From: Nemertoderma westbladi
Taxonomy: Eukaryota; Animalia; Xenacoelomorpha
Reading direction: 5' to 3'
Length of the DNA: 32,506 bases
Assembly (NCBI GenBank): GCA_032718475.1
Contig: JAUCBJ010005679.1
Span: 1-32,506 of the forward strand
Below the pieces are notes generated by a model. The model did no database searches. It had not been told where the DNA came from and saw only the letters and a program-made list of their open reading frames with translations. Below are positions 1 through 10,095 of this stretch, in pieces. Within the stretch, counting starts at the first letter, position 1. Each line of letters starts with the position of its first letter. A program made the translations under genes and the position numbers.

Positions 1-2361
1 CAGTCGCTCCCTTCCGCGCGTTGTTCGTCGGTAGGAATTATTAACGGGATCTTCCTCTCGATGTGTCGGAGTCCGTCTAGTCTCCTGTTCTCTCCTTGGT
101 GGTCGATGTTGTCTAGGTTGTTCCAACTCCACGCTGGTTCGTGATCGATCCGACGGTTGCGCTTCGAGTCGCTCTTCTATCTGAGCTAGTCGGTCCGCTA
201 CAGGTCGCATTATTTCGGCGAGTCTGTTGGTGCTGATCGCTTCCGCTGGTTGCAACGTGGGTTTCTGTTGGGGTGTTTCGTCGATCGTTTTCGTCGATCG
301 TTCCTCCTGTTTGTAATCTTCCGCCGCTCCAGTACGGAATATTTCCCGTTCCGTCGACTCCGAGTCGCTAGATGAGTCGCTGTCGTCCGGATAAGGTGGC
401 TGGCGGGTTCGCGTCCGGCGTATTATTCTGGGTCTCGTCCGTTGTGGTCCGGAATCTACGGCTCTCCGTTGTTCGGTAGGCTCGCAAGCCTTCCACGAAG
501 TCGTAGGTCTCGCTATACGTTGTCCGATCCCGTGAGTACTACCCACATCCATCCTCCTTCGTAGTTCGGTAGGCTCGCAAGCCTTCCACGAAGTCGTAGG
601 TTGCGTCGAACATTGTGTCAACGGTCGAGTGAAATAGTCGGGTTTCGTAGTCGGTCTGTAAATAACTGGATTTGCACAGCACGTCACAGGTTTAACTTGT
701 AATGGTTTACTCACCTGTTTAATGGTCATAAACGCAGGTTCCTCTCTTCCTACAAGTAGACTACGACTTACTGTAGGTGGACTAGTTATGTTACCTGCTA
801 AAATTGGCGATGAAGTCGCCCTAGGTTGCGGTATTTCCGTCACAACAAACCTGTTGCCTTGCGTCGAACGCACAGGCGTTATTTCCTTAGGTTTCGTAAC
901 GAAGACCGGTTTTATCGGAGTCGTGGGTTTGAGCATAGGAATAACTTGGGGAAAACGTTTACAGTAATCCTCGACGAACTCCTCTCCTCGATCTATCGCT
1001 CCCACGCTTCCTTCCTCGATCCGCTTCTGTATTCCGCGATATCGAGCTTCCATACGATCCAGGGCAGACAAGTCGTGTCCAGTTCGCGATCTCATAGATC
1101 TATCTCTCGCGTCGAGTTCGAGGTCCGCTTGCGCGTTCGCTGTCTCGCGCGATCTACGATTCAATTCGAACTGTAGTTGCATCTCCCTTTCGCGTCGATC
1201 TGCGTCCTGTTGTTGTGCCGCTAATTCCGCTTCCTGTATAGCTAATCGAGCGTTTATTTGCCGCGCCTCCAACTTGGCACGAGCGTCTGATGCTGCTTTC
1301 TTCCGTGCTAACTCGTCCGCTGCTGCCGCCGCGGCCGCTTCTCGCGCTAAGTCCTCCTCCAGTCTGCGCATTTCTGATGCTTCGAATTCAGCTTGCGCCT
1401 TGAGTTGTGCAATTCTTGCCTCGTCTTCTCTACGTTGTTTCTCTCCTTCGATGGCGATCTGTGCCATCTGGTGTCGCGCTTCTTCCTCGGCGACTTGTTG
1501 TCGGCGTGCAACCTCCTGTTGTTGTCGAGTAATTCCAGACGCTGTTCTACTAACGTCGCCAACGTTGCCAACGTCGCTCCGTACGCTAACGAACGATCTA
1601 TCCAGTGGTGGATGTTGGTAGGCTCGCGAGCCTTCCGTAGTGAGAACTTCCGTCGTCCCTCGCGGTTCGACTTCCGGTTCGTCGATCGGTACGCCGCATC
1701 TACGAAGAAAATTGGTCAGCGTTTCCAACCTTCCGTCCAGGCAGTAGAGTTCTTCTTCCTCTTCGGGTTGTAACAACGCGTCCGAAACTGACTCACCTAG
1801 CAGTTGGTCGAACTGCTCCTGTTGAGCCAAGCTTATTACCGACTTAAACTGGATAAGGCTTTCTCTCGCACTTACCAATTTATCCACTATCTTTACCTGA
1901 GTAAAGTTGTCGCCACGCAACTCTGCAAGTTCGTGCAAACCTTTAAGTTTATCTACGGAGGCATGTACCCTACTTTCTATCCTTACCTGTAAGGTGTAGA
2001 ACTCGTATCTCGACATCGGGGCGGTTAACTCGCGTAAAACGCGAAAACCTTCTCCGAGGTTCCGAGTAATCTGGGCCATGTGTCCTCCTATACTTCTAAT
2101 AACGTTCTCCTGGCTTCCAGTCGAACTTACCATGTCCGGTTCCCGCGATCTAGTCTGCGGGACGGTAAGGAAATCTTCGATTCTGCCGTCGCCACGCGTT
2201 GCGGCTTCCGGTATTTCCGTTCGGGGTACCGGCGACGCAAGCGGTGTGACATCGGTGGAATCTCGGGTTCTCCTTCTCGGTTCGTCTACTGTCGATCTGT
2301 CCGGGTCGCACGAGTCATAGTCGGTAGGTGGGTATCTCGTCGAATGGGGTGTGTCACTCAT
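1..2361 (-). CDS. Gag-like (N-terminal polyprotein) ORF of a BEL/Pao-like LTR retrotransposon, at least 787 aa, runs off the window edge
   Basis: Manual translation from ATG at 2361 (MSDTPHSTRYPPTDYDSCDPDRS...) gives no stop down to base 1. It contains an Ala/Glu/Arg-rich coiled coil (EEDLAREAAAAAAADELARKKAASDARAKLEARQ) followed by Pro/Thr/Arg-rich disordered sequence, and lies downstream of an LTR and PBS. No catalytic pol motifs fall inside the window, so the family assignment is inference. Confidence 0.8.
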   Translation of the reverse strand, partial: MSDTPHSTRYPPTDYDSCDPDRSTVDEPRRRTRDSTDVTPLASPVPRTEIPEAATRGDGRIEDFLTVPQTRSREPDMVSSTGSQENVIRSIGGHMAQITRNLGEGFRVLRELTAPMSRYEFYTLQVRIESRVHASVDKLKGLHELAELRGDNFTQVKIVDKLVSARESLIQFKSVISLAQQEQFDQLLGESVSDALLQPEEEEELYCLDGRLETLTNFLRRCGVPIDEPEVEPRGTTEVLTTEGSRAYQHPPLDRSFVSVRSDVGNVGDVSRTASGITRQQQEVARRQQVAEEEARHQMAQIAIEGEKQRREDEARIAQLKAQAEFEASEMRRLEEDLAREAAAAAAADELARKKAASDARAKLEARQINARLAIQEAELAAQQQDADRREREMQLQFELNRRSRETANAQADLELDARDRSMRSRTGHDLSALDRMEARYRGIQKRIEEGSVGAIDRGEEFVEDYCKRFPQVIPMLKPTTPIKPVFVTKPKEITPVRSTQGNRFVVTEIPQPRATSSPILAGNITSPPTVSRSLLVGREEPAFMTIKQVSKPLQVKPVTCCANPVIYRPTTKPDYFTRPLTQCSTQPTTSWKACEPTELRRRMDVGSTHGIGQRIARPTTSWKACEPTEQRRAVDSGPQRTRPRIIRRTRTRQPPYPDDSDSSSDSESTEREIFRTGAAEDYKQEERSTKTIDETPQQKPTLQPAEAISTNRLAEIMRPVADRLAQIEERLEAQPSDRSRTSVELEQPRQHRPPRREQETRRTPTHREEDPVNNSYRRTTRGRERL

Positions 2362-4879
2362 GTCTTATTATATACGTCAAGTACGGGTAATAAAATGTCA
2401 AGTGTCTGAATGTTGAAGTGTCAAACTTACCTAACCGGTACAAATAAATCAACAAGTCAGAATGTCGAAATGTCAAAATGTCGAAATGTACAAATGTCAA
2501 ACTTACCTTGATATATATATATATCATATATATACCCTAACCGGTACAAATAAAACTAACAAAGGTATATAATAAAATAAGTAGTAATCTAGCCTACCGG
2601 CTAAATTTGTACGAATAAGTGAGATAACGGTATACGTTAACAAAATGTAGATCAACAAGTAAAACAATAGGCCAAACAGCAACGTCTAAAGGGAAAATAT
2701 GTACCAACAACACTACTAATAGACAGTGAAACCCACAAATTTTGAGTACTACTGTGCTTTCTTAAGTTTGAACGACGCGAGTCGTAAAACTTACGTTCCT
2801 TTGATCTTCCAGTCGTACAAATTCCCAAATACAAACCGGACGTGGGTCTTTCCGTTTTTCGGCGGCGCGGACGAATTTATTGTCTCCCAAACTTTGCGAA
2901 AAGCGGTCTAATCCTCGAAGCGGTCCAGAAATGAGTCCTTGAGTCCTGAAAAGGTCGAAGGTGAGAGTTTTACTTCTACGCTTACGAAAAATCTTCCTAG
3001 GTACCGATACAAATTGGTCTTTAAACCCTATGTACCTTTTCAAGTACCGAAAAGTAACACCGCACACACACGGCGTAAAACAAAGTGCTACAAACTAACT
3101 GTTAGCTAGTCAAATATTAAATACGAAAGTACTAGCTACCCTAAAAGCCTACTGAAGCAGGGGACGTTCTAAATTACTAAATTTACTAACCTTAGATTTT
3201 AAATATCTCCTACTTTCAATAGCTAACAATTCTAAACTATACTATACGCTACGGCGGAAATACTATATACTAATTTATATAAATACTTCCTACTGTAAGG
3301 GTCCAGTAGTATACCGCTTACCAGATCCTAGTAACGATGTATCTTACTATGAGACTCTAGTAATGTATACGGGCTTGTACAGTATCTGACAACAAATCCC
3401 AGTCCAGGATATCTAAACAAACAGATACAGTACACAAACGACTACTGGCGAGGAACAGAGCCTTGTATCTATTCTATGTACGTGAGCGGGTCTAATGCCT
3501 ACGTACTAGACAGAAGGATACCTGTCCTCTAACCGGTGAGGCAGATGTACAGTTACAGTAACAGACCAAACTCACGGGAAAACAATCCCCGCGCAGCGAA
3601 TCCTAACTATCACTGACAGTCCTAAATACAGTAACTTGCCGCGGTGTGATTTATATGGTTTATATACGAGCTAGTGGGTTAACAGACCTAGCGTAACAAC
3701 ACTGACAGTCCTAAATCAGTCGAAAAGGGGTCGTACCTAAATGTAACAATAACTGATCCCCCTGTACGAAATCAGTCTAAAAGGTCAGGCCTAAATGTAA
3801 CAATACCGTTGTCCAGACAAACAACAGTTTAATAACGAAAGTGAAATACTCCTTATTTTGCCGCAACTAAATCAGATCCTAATTTTACAAATACAGATAA
3901 TTTCCACCTAAAGTAATGTATAGTACGCTATAGCTAGTAGAACTTTAAGGGCGATATGTTTTAGGGCGTGTGTGTGTGGGTGTGTTACAAATAAAACAAT
4001 TTCGAGTAATTCCTTTTACTAGGTTTTAGTGATTTTCTGACTAAAATGATACCGTGCGCTAGCTACTAAAATAAACTAGTCGCGTTTGTAGAACTTTATA
4101 CTCACGAATGACGTCAAAGCTCTCTCCTTCCTATCCACAACCCAATGGGCAACCACAGTGTTAGTAACTACACCCGTGATCGGCACTAATACCAGATTCT
4201 GGTTGTAAGATAAGAATAGGGGTTAATCGCTACCGTACGTTAGCTGATCTGGTATACTAATTTAATTCTAGAACTTTGTTGCTGCGGTAGTTAGCAGCAA
4301 TACCTATCAGTACGTGGCAAGGCGCGGTAGGATATTAATAAACCTCCCTAGGCCAAGCAGTGTGCCGGTAGCAGAAATACTCCTTGCCTGATCAAATAGC
4401 TAACTCCAGACAGGGGGGGGGGGGGGGTACTAATGTACGTTCTACAAAGCGAACCGGTACCAAACAGTCAGTGCTACGAATCACTAAATTATGGAACATA
4501 TGCTGTCCGTACCTAATATGTACTCGCGTACTGACGAATGGCAATAGTTCGCACCTGTAGGAAGTACAGGTTAACCCAGGGGTTCGTAGGACTGACAAGA
4601 AGGGGGGGGGGGGTGTCTGGATATAATTATTTGATCCTAAATTTGCGGCGTCCAGTGCGGTGTCACGCTTACCCTGATCTATAGGTCTTACGGCGGGCAA
4701 GGGCGTCGAACAAAGTCTTACCTTCTCACAAAGCGGGCGCTGCATAGCAAGTGGAGTATTTCGAAGGGGCAAAGGGGGTGCGCGGTCAATCCAATGTGGG
4801 CGCTAGCGTGTTGTGGACATCCCTTCCCTGCGTTGCTTACGGCCTAACGGTCTAGGCTGCCATCTCCCTGGTGTTCGGC

Positions 4880-4897
4880 TGTCCCGAAGTCGGACCA
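4880..4897 (-). promoter_or_regulatory. Primer binding site (TGGTCCGAC..., tRNA-Tyr-like)
   Basis: Minus strand reads TTTT-TGGTCCGACTTCGGGAC. The first 9 nt are complementary to the 3' end of CCGAC-acceptor-type tRNA-Tyr, and TGGTCC-type PBSs are typical of BEL/Pao elements. Confidence 0.6.
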
Positions 4898-5049
4898 AAA
4901 GAAAACATGTCAGGAAATTGCAGTATATTTACAGTTTTACAAAGGATTTATCAAAACGAAGTTTCAACAAGAAACCGAATAAACTAAATTTTACAAGAAT
5001 AAGAGAGTGTAACACAAGGTATAAGGTTTGGTACTGAGGTGATAACAAG

Positions 5050-5081
5050 ACTGATAACCGAAGGCAAACCGGCCTTTTATA
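5050..5081 (-). promoter_or_regulatory. Pol II core promoter in the LTR (TATA + Inr)
   Basis: TATAAAAGGCCGGTTTGCCTTCGGTTA-TCAGT: TATAAAA starts 27 nt upstream of a TCAGT initiator. Confidence 0.65.
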
Positions 5082-5367
5082 CTAGAAATTGCACATGGAA
5101 ACTAAACAGAATTTTCCACAGCTTCACAATTGAGCAATGAAGTGCTTCGTGCCCTATGATTGGCCCAGCTCATCGTTCAACGCAGTCCGGCCCTTACACT
5201 AAATCTGGGACATGGAATCCTAACAGAATTTTCCACTGCCTCACATTTGAGCAATAAGATAATTTATGCCCTATGATTGGCCTGGCTCATTATTCGCTAC
5301 GTTGTACGCTTCTCATTGGCCTACCAATTAGCACCACACGAAAATAAATGGCCCCAAAATACAAATT

Positions 5368-5442
5368 TCCCGACTGGGATTCGAACTCGTAACCTACGTA
5401 ATGTAACCAACGCCTTAACCATCTGACCACTACGCCACGAGA
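5368..5442 (-). ncRNA. tRNA-derived Pol III cassette (not a canonical tRNA)
   Basis: A-box TGGCGTAGTGG, B-box GTTCGAATC, terminal pairing TCTCG/CGGGA, then a TTTT run at 5356-5359. The anticodon arm is not canonical. Confidence 0.65.
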
Positions 5443-6178
5443 GTACCTAAGGGTTTTATGTGTACAAATATGAATAGGCATATTACATTACTGTAACTTA
5501 ATCAAAATACGTCGGATTTTCAAAAGTTTTACGTTAAAGTTAAACTACAAATGCTACCTTATAGTGAAATAATTCATCAAAATGAAATGCACCGAGAATA
5601 GTGAAAAAAAGTTCTACTTTTTCCCCATGTAATAACTAATTATTTATAATATTCTGCAGGAGATGCGGCCGCGGCGGGACAAGGGTCTAATCCCCCGCAT
5701 CCGACTAACGACCAACGAATGAGATTTTCCCCTGAAATGGACGCGGCGACAGTTTCCCGGATAACCTGCCTTCGCCATGACCATTAATAAGAGTCAGGGT
5801 CAGACTCTGAAAAAGGTACGCATTTGGTTATATGAGCCATGTTTTTACATGCCCAACTCTCAAGTCAGCAAGTATCTTCTTCACGTGTTGGCCATCCTGA
5901 TAACCTTCACTACGCATTGAAAGAATCAGCCAATGGAGTCACCCGATTGTAATTGATATGTTTCATGAATTAGGACTATAAATTCTCTAACTGGCGACAC
6001 TGGAGATTGATTCGTGAGTCCGAGCCCAGATAAATTATCTACAAGGGGGTCGCGTGTAATCCGAGCTAGGAATGGAAGAATCTTAATTGAAAAATTTGAG
6101 CCACGTCGATTTTTTGGCCGGATCTCATCTGGAATCAATTGTCTTATTTGATATTCCATTGCATAATTGTGTAGTTTA

Positions 6179-7502
6179 CAGTGGCGGAAATCCTGGGGGG
6201 GGGGGGGGGGGGGGGGGTGGGGGAGAGGGACATTGTCCCCCCCACTTTTTAGAATCGGTGATAATGTCCCCTCCACAATTAGTAAAGATAGGTTTTTCAT
6301 TCAGTCCATCAATGAGACCCATTGATCCATTATTGGTTAAAATTAATTGTCGCAGTATACCTACAGTGTACATAAAAATACAATACATTTTGCAATACAC
6401 AAAATACATTTTACATTGTAAAATTGGACCTCCAAAAATGAAAGACCTGTATTATTTGTATAATAATGACATTCTAACCACATTTAAATAGTAAATGTAT
6501 TTGGATATGTTTTCAACGCTATTAATGCGATTTCAAGTTTGCAAGCAGCTTTCTCATATATCTTTTCTCAAACTCAAGTTTATTAGCCAAAATGTAAGAG
6601 CTAGTCTTTTTTTGAGAGGCCTTCGAGCAGGACGATAATTTCAATCGAATAAGGCCCTTTTCACCAAAAAGGCTCCCAAGGTGCAGATATAAATTAATAA
6701 AATTGGCAAATGGTTGTACAGTATAAATATGCTACATAATAAATGCTGCAATATACTGTATATATACATGCTGTAGGCCTATATGTTACAGTATATTTTT
6801 AGCTATGATAAAAAATTTAGTTGAATTTCAAACGAAATGATAAAAAATTATTTGACAAAGTCAAACAAAGAAAGAAGATATTATCTAAATTAGCGGTCAT
6901 CTTTGCATTTTTCTTAAACTTAAAACCCATTAAATCGCAGAGAATGTATTTTTTCTCGAAAAACTATATTTCTCGAAATCAGTTAATGACATTAGTTGAA
7001 ATTTGGAACAGAGCTTCAAAATATGCTTGTCTCTATGGCTATCAAGCAATTTTAGCTAAAAATGCTTCACGGGGCCATTTGAGAGCGAAAAGGCCCCAAA
7101 ACGGCCCTTTTTGGGGCCTATTTGTTTATAAAATGGCCACAGCTAAATTTCTGCCATAATTGCTCGCTAGCATTGGATGCAACAATGAAATAAACCGATT
7201 CACCAAATTTGAACTCAATAACAGCAATATTCAGATATTGTTCAAGAAGTCGACCTACCCTTTTTGGCAAATAGGCCATTTGGCCGCTAAAGTGCTATCA
7301 TGGTGACTTTTTTTAAAAGAATTTGGATTGTCCATTCCTAAACTTTTTACTAAATTTTAGGCTGCGGAAACATCACAATGAGAAGTTGTATTTGTGATCA
7401 TTCGCTACCACACCACCCCCCCACCCCCTGTAAATTCAAGTTAGTAAAAAAGTTCATTCTCTTTCTGTCCCCCCCACTATCAAATACAGATCTCCGCCAC
7501 TG
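6179..7502. mobile_element. Non-autonomous hAT-type DNA transposon (MITE)
   Basis: TIRs CAGTGGCGGA...TCCGCCACTG; 8 bp TSD GTAGTTTA (6171-6178) / GTAGTTAA (7503-7510); subterminal TGTCCCCCCCACT at both ends; no transposase. Confidence 0.8.
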
Positions 7503-7675
7503 GTAGTTAAATTTAAAGTAATTAAATTTGGTTAATTATCAATAATTATAATATCTTATTATTATTGTCACGGGGGAAACTCATTAAGCCGAGATTTCCA
7601 AAGGCAGTTCAGTTCATATGACTTTTATTCCATTGATAACACTTAATTTCTCACTTTGTGCCAGCTTGCGGTCTA

Positions 7676-7714
7676 ACTAGAAAGTCCGTGGCCGAAGGCC
7701 ACGTGCTTTCTAGT
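7676..7714. mobile_element. Helitron/Helentron-like terminus (hairpin + CTAG)
   Basis: ACTAGAAAG..CGTGGCC-GAA-GGCCACG..CTTTCTAGT: a GC-rich stem-loop followed 6 nt later by CTAG|T, readable on either strand. Confidence 0.45.
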
Positions 7715-7859
7715 AATCTGATAAAAATATAAGATTTCTGTATCCAGTTAGCACTGGCAGCACAATTATTAGCCTTCAAACATTCGTCGGCAGATCGACC
7801 AACAGACGGAAGGACGGAAAACGGTTGAAAGGAATGCATAAACTACATTATTATACGGC

Positions 7860-7980
7860 AGTGATTTTTTATGTCCTTTTATTTGACTTTTTTTGTCATT
7901 TTTTTTTTACGAATTATGCATAATGAATTTTGTTGTCCATTTAATGACTTTTATTGTCCTTTTAATGACTTTTTATGTAT
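7860..7980. repeat. Degenerate T-rich minisatellite
   Basis: Repeated ATGACTTTT / TTGTCCTTTT units. Confidence 0.5.
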
Positions 7981-8934
7981 GTATTTCTTCAAACTGTCAG
8001 ACTGCTGATTTCTGGACTGTCAGACAGTTGATTTCACTATGCCTGTTGTAAAAGCTTTTGCGGGATGTAACTGGCCCTTTTTCTCCGCAATCCAGTTTCC
8101 CTCAATGCGCTCAAATACTCTAAAACTGCCTGGCTCGAGTGACGCAGTCTGCTGGCTGATTGGCTGATTTGCTGTACGTGTATGGCCTCTTTGTTCTGTT
8201 CGATCAACCAATCAGAACAATGATCGACCAATCAGAGCGATTTAGCCTTGTGTTGGCTGTGGGCTGCAAAGGCTAGGGAGGTTTGGCATTTAGACATTCG
8301 TGGAACCTATGGAATCTGGAGCTCTGCCAATGAGAGCTATTTCTCTTTGTGTTGAAAGATACCTGCAACAGCCCACAGGGATCAGTGTGTTGGTTTTCCT
8401 GATGCCAGAACATCGGCTATGGAATTATTCTGTTTCAGACTTTAGCCAAACATTAGAACGGCTTTGATTACCGGAACGTATAACTGTTATCCTGCCATAT
8501 TCTGCCAAACCAAACCAATGCATTTATGTACACACCGCATTATTTTACTGCTATTTACTGTCAATGTTTATTAATTGTATCTGTTGATGGAATATCGTTA
8601 TATTTGGATAATATCGATAAATAATCATAAAACCCCATCTTCTTGATATACTGAAGGTAAGAGACCGGTTACATATAGCAATTGCGACTTATATGATATT
8701 GGTTTTGGAGTGAATCTAATGCTATTTCATAGGCACTACAGGTGGCAATTGCTGTTCTCTTTATATGTGACTAAAATTAGAAAAGGTCGGCAGATCAGTG
8801 TGCAGTATTGTGCGGTACCGGTAGTGTGCATGATTGTGACCGATAACAAAGCATCACCTAAAGAATGCGCCTTATACGTGAATCATAAGCCATCCCGTTG
8901 TGTTTAGTGTAAGTCATAACTCTGTTTACATATT

Positions 8935-9262
8935 TAGAGCGCCACGTCCTAAAGGAACTGTTAATATTTCCCGAAAGTGAATAATATTTGTCAGAGATTA
9001 TATATTAACGATCAATCGAATAATACAGTAGGCCTACACCGCAATAAGGTCAGAGCCCCCGAATCCAGTCTCCCGGGTATATCCAGCGGGTGAATGGTCG
9101 CGCATAGGCTGGCTTCGGCTAATGTAGTGTATCAAATACTCGTCATAGGCTAAAGTCGATTTATAAACTAAAAGACACCTAAATTTGGCAGGTTAAACTG
9201 CTAAAGGTCTAAAAGTGCGAACAATAACAGTTATCGCTTCTTTATTGCAGTAAGCAATAAAG
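8935..9262 (+). ncRNA. Conserved structured RNA domain in the family B leader
   Basis: 43 nt invariant block (8935-8977) in all three copies; stem 9059-9118 with compensatory changes between copies; further hairpins TTTGGCAG/CTGCTAAA and TTTATTGC/GCAATAAA. Confidence 0.6.
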
Positions 9263-9496
9263 CTGAAGTACCGGTCGACCGGTAACCTGTAGGCCTAACT
9301 ACCTAACCACCGGAACCGGTACTTACAGCAGTATAAGTACATCAGTATTATTCGATTTTGATAATTATATACCGGTAGGTCTTAATATTAAATCGGGGAC
9401 GCCTGGTTTTTATTGGGATTTTACTTATTTCTGTCAGTTTTATTCATTTGTAGGCTAATATTGAGCAGAAGGCGTGTAAGCCTGCTCAGATCGTAC

Positions 9497-10095
9497 AGAT
9501 AATTTGTAGGCTGGACTGTTGTCTGACTGTTGTTAGGTCTGAACGGATTGTAGTGCATGTAGAGTGTATGTCCGATAAAGTGCCGGTTAGGAACGTAGGG
9601 GCAGCCAGTGCTGTAAGGTAAATCCCCCCCCCCCCCCCCCGAAAGAATAAGTCGTACTACTAGGTTAGAACGCATACTAACTAACCATTTCGGAGTCTGC
9701 ATGTACTGTAGTTTATTTAGGCTTGATAGTAGTCTGCCAGCGTTTGGTCTGTACTTTGTTTGTGTAGTCTGTGCAGGTACCGTAATATTTCTTATTCAGA
9801 TAATTTGTAGGCTAGATTGTTGTCTGGCTGTTGTTAGGTCTGAAGAAATTGTAGTGTGTGTGGAGTGTATGTCCGATAAAGTGCCGGTTAGGAACGTAGG
9901 GGCATCCAGTGCTGTAAGGTAAATCCCCCCCCCCGAAAGAATAAGTCGCACTACTCGGTTAGAATGCATACTAACTAACCATTTCGGAGTCTGCACATAC
10001 TGTAGTTTATTTAGGCTTGATAGTAGTCTGCCAGCGTTTGGTTTGTATTTTGTTTGAGTAGTCTGTACGGGTAGCGTAATATTTATTATTCAGAG
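9497..10095 (+). repeat. ~300 bp tandem duplication in the family B leader
   Basis: Units ~9497-9796 and ~9797-10095; the same duplication is at ~30440-31015 in copy 3. Confidence 0.9.

Larger units (their letters stand above)
1..5487 (-). mobile_element. LTR retrotransposon family A (5' LTR, PBS, ~2.5 kb leader, gag-like ORF), partial
   Basis: Minus-strand order: TGTAATATG start (5487), TATA/Inr, ...CCTGACA (4908), TGGTCCGAC PBS, long leader, long ORF. Confidence 0.75.
4908..5487 (-). repeat. Putative 5' LTR (~580 bp, TG...CA)
   Basis: Begins TGTAA like the family B copies and ends CA about 10 nt before the PBS. Contains a ~117 bp internal duplication (5094-5177 / 5211-5295) carrying ATTGG/CCAAT boxes. 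The partner LTR is outside the window, so boundaries are provisional. Confidence 0.6.

Noticed and set aside
722-2409. Plus-strand ORFs in the track
   Set aside because: They are antisense shadows of the long minus-strand ORF.
5660-5815. Exon-like GC-rich segment (CTGCAG|...AAG|GTACG)
   Set aside because: Stops in all three frames; no partner exon identified.
5926-6491. Poly-Gly/poly-Pro ORFs
   Set aside because: They arise from the G-run in the hAT MITE end.
9059-9125. HDV-like ribozyme suggested by CTTCGGCTAATG
   Set aside because: Could not build the nested double pseudoknot; TTCGG instead pairs with upstream CCGAA, with covariation.
9421-9996. Paired MQTPKW ORFs
   Set aside because: They are antisense readings of the 300 bp tandem repeat and diverge in frame at a C-run.
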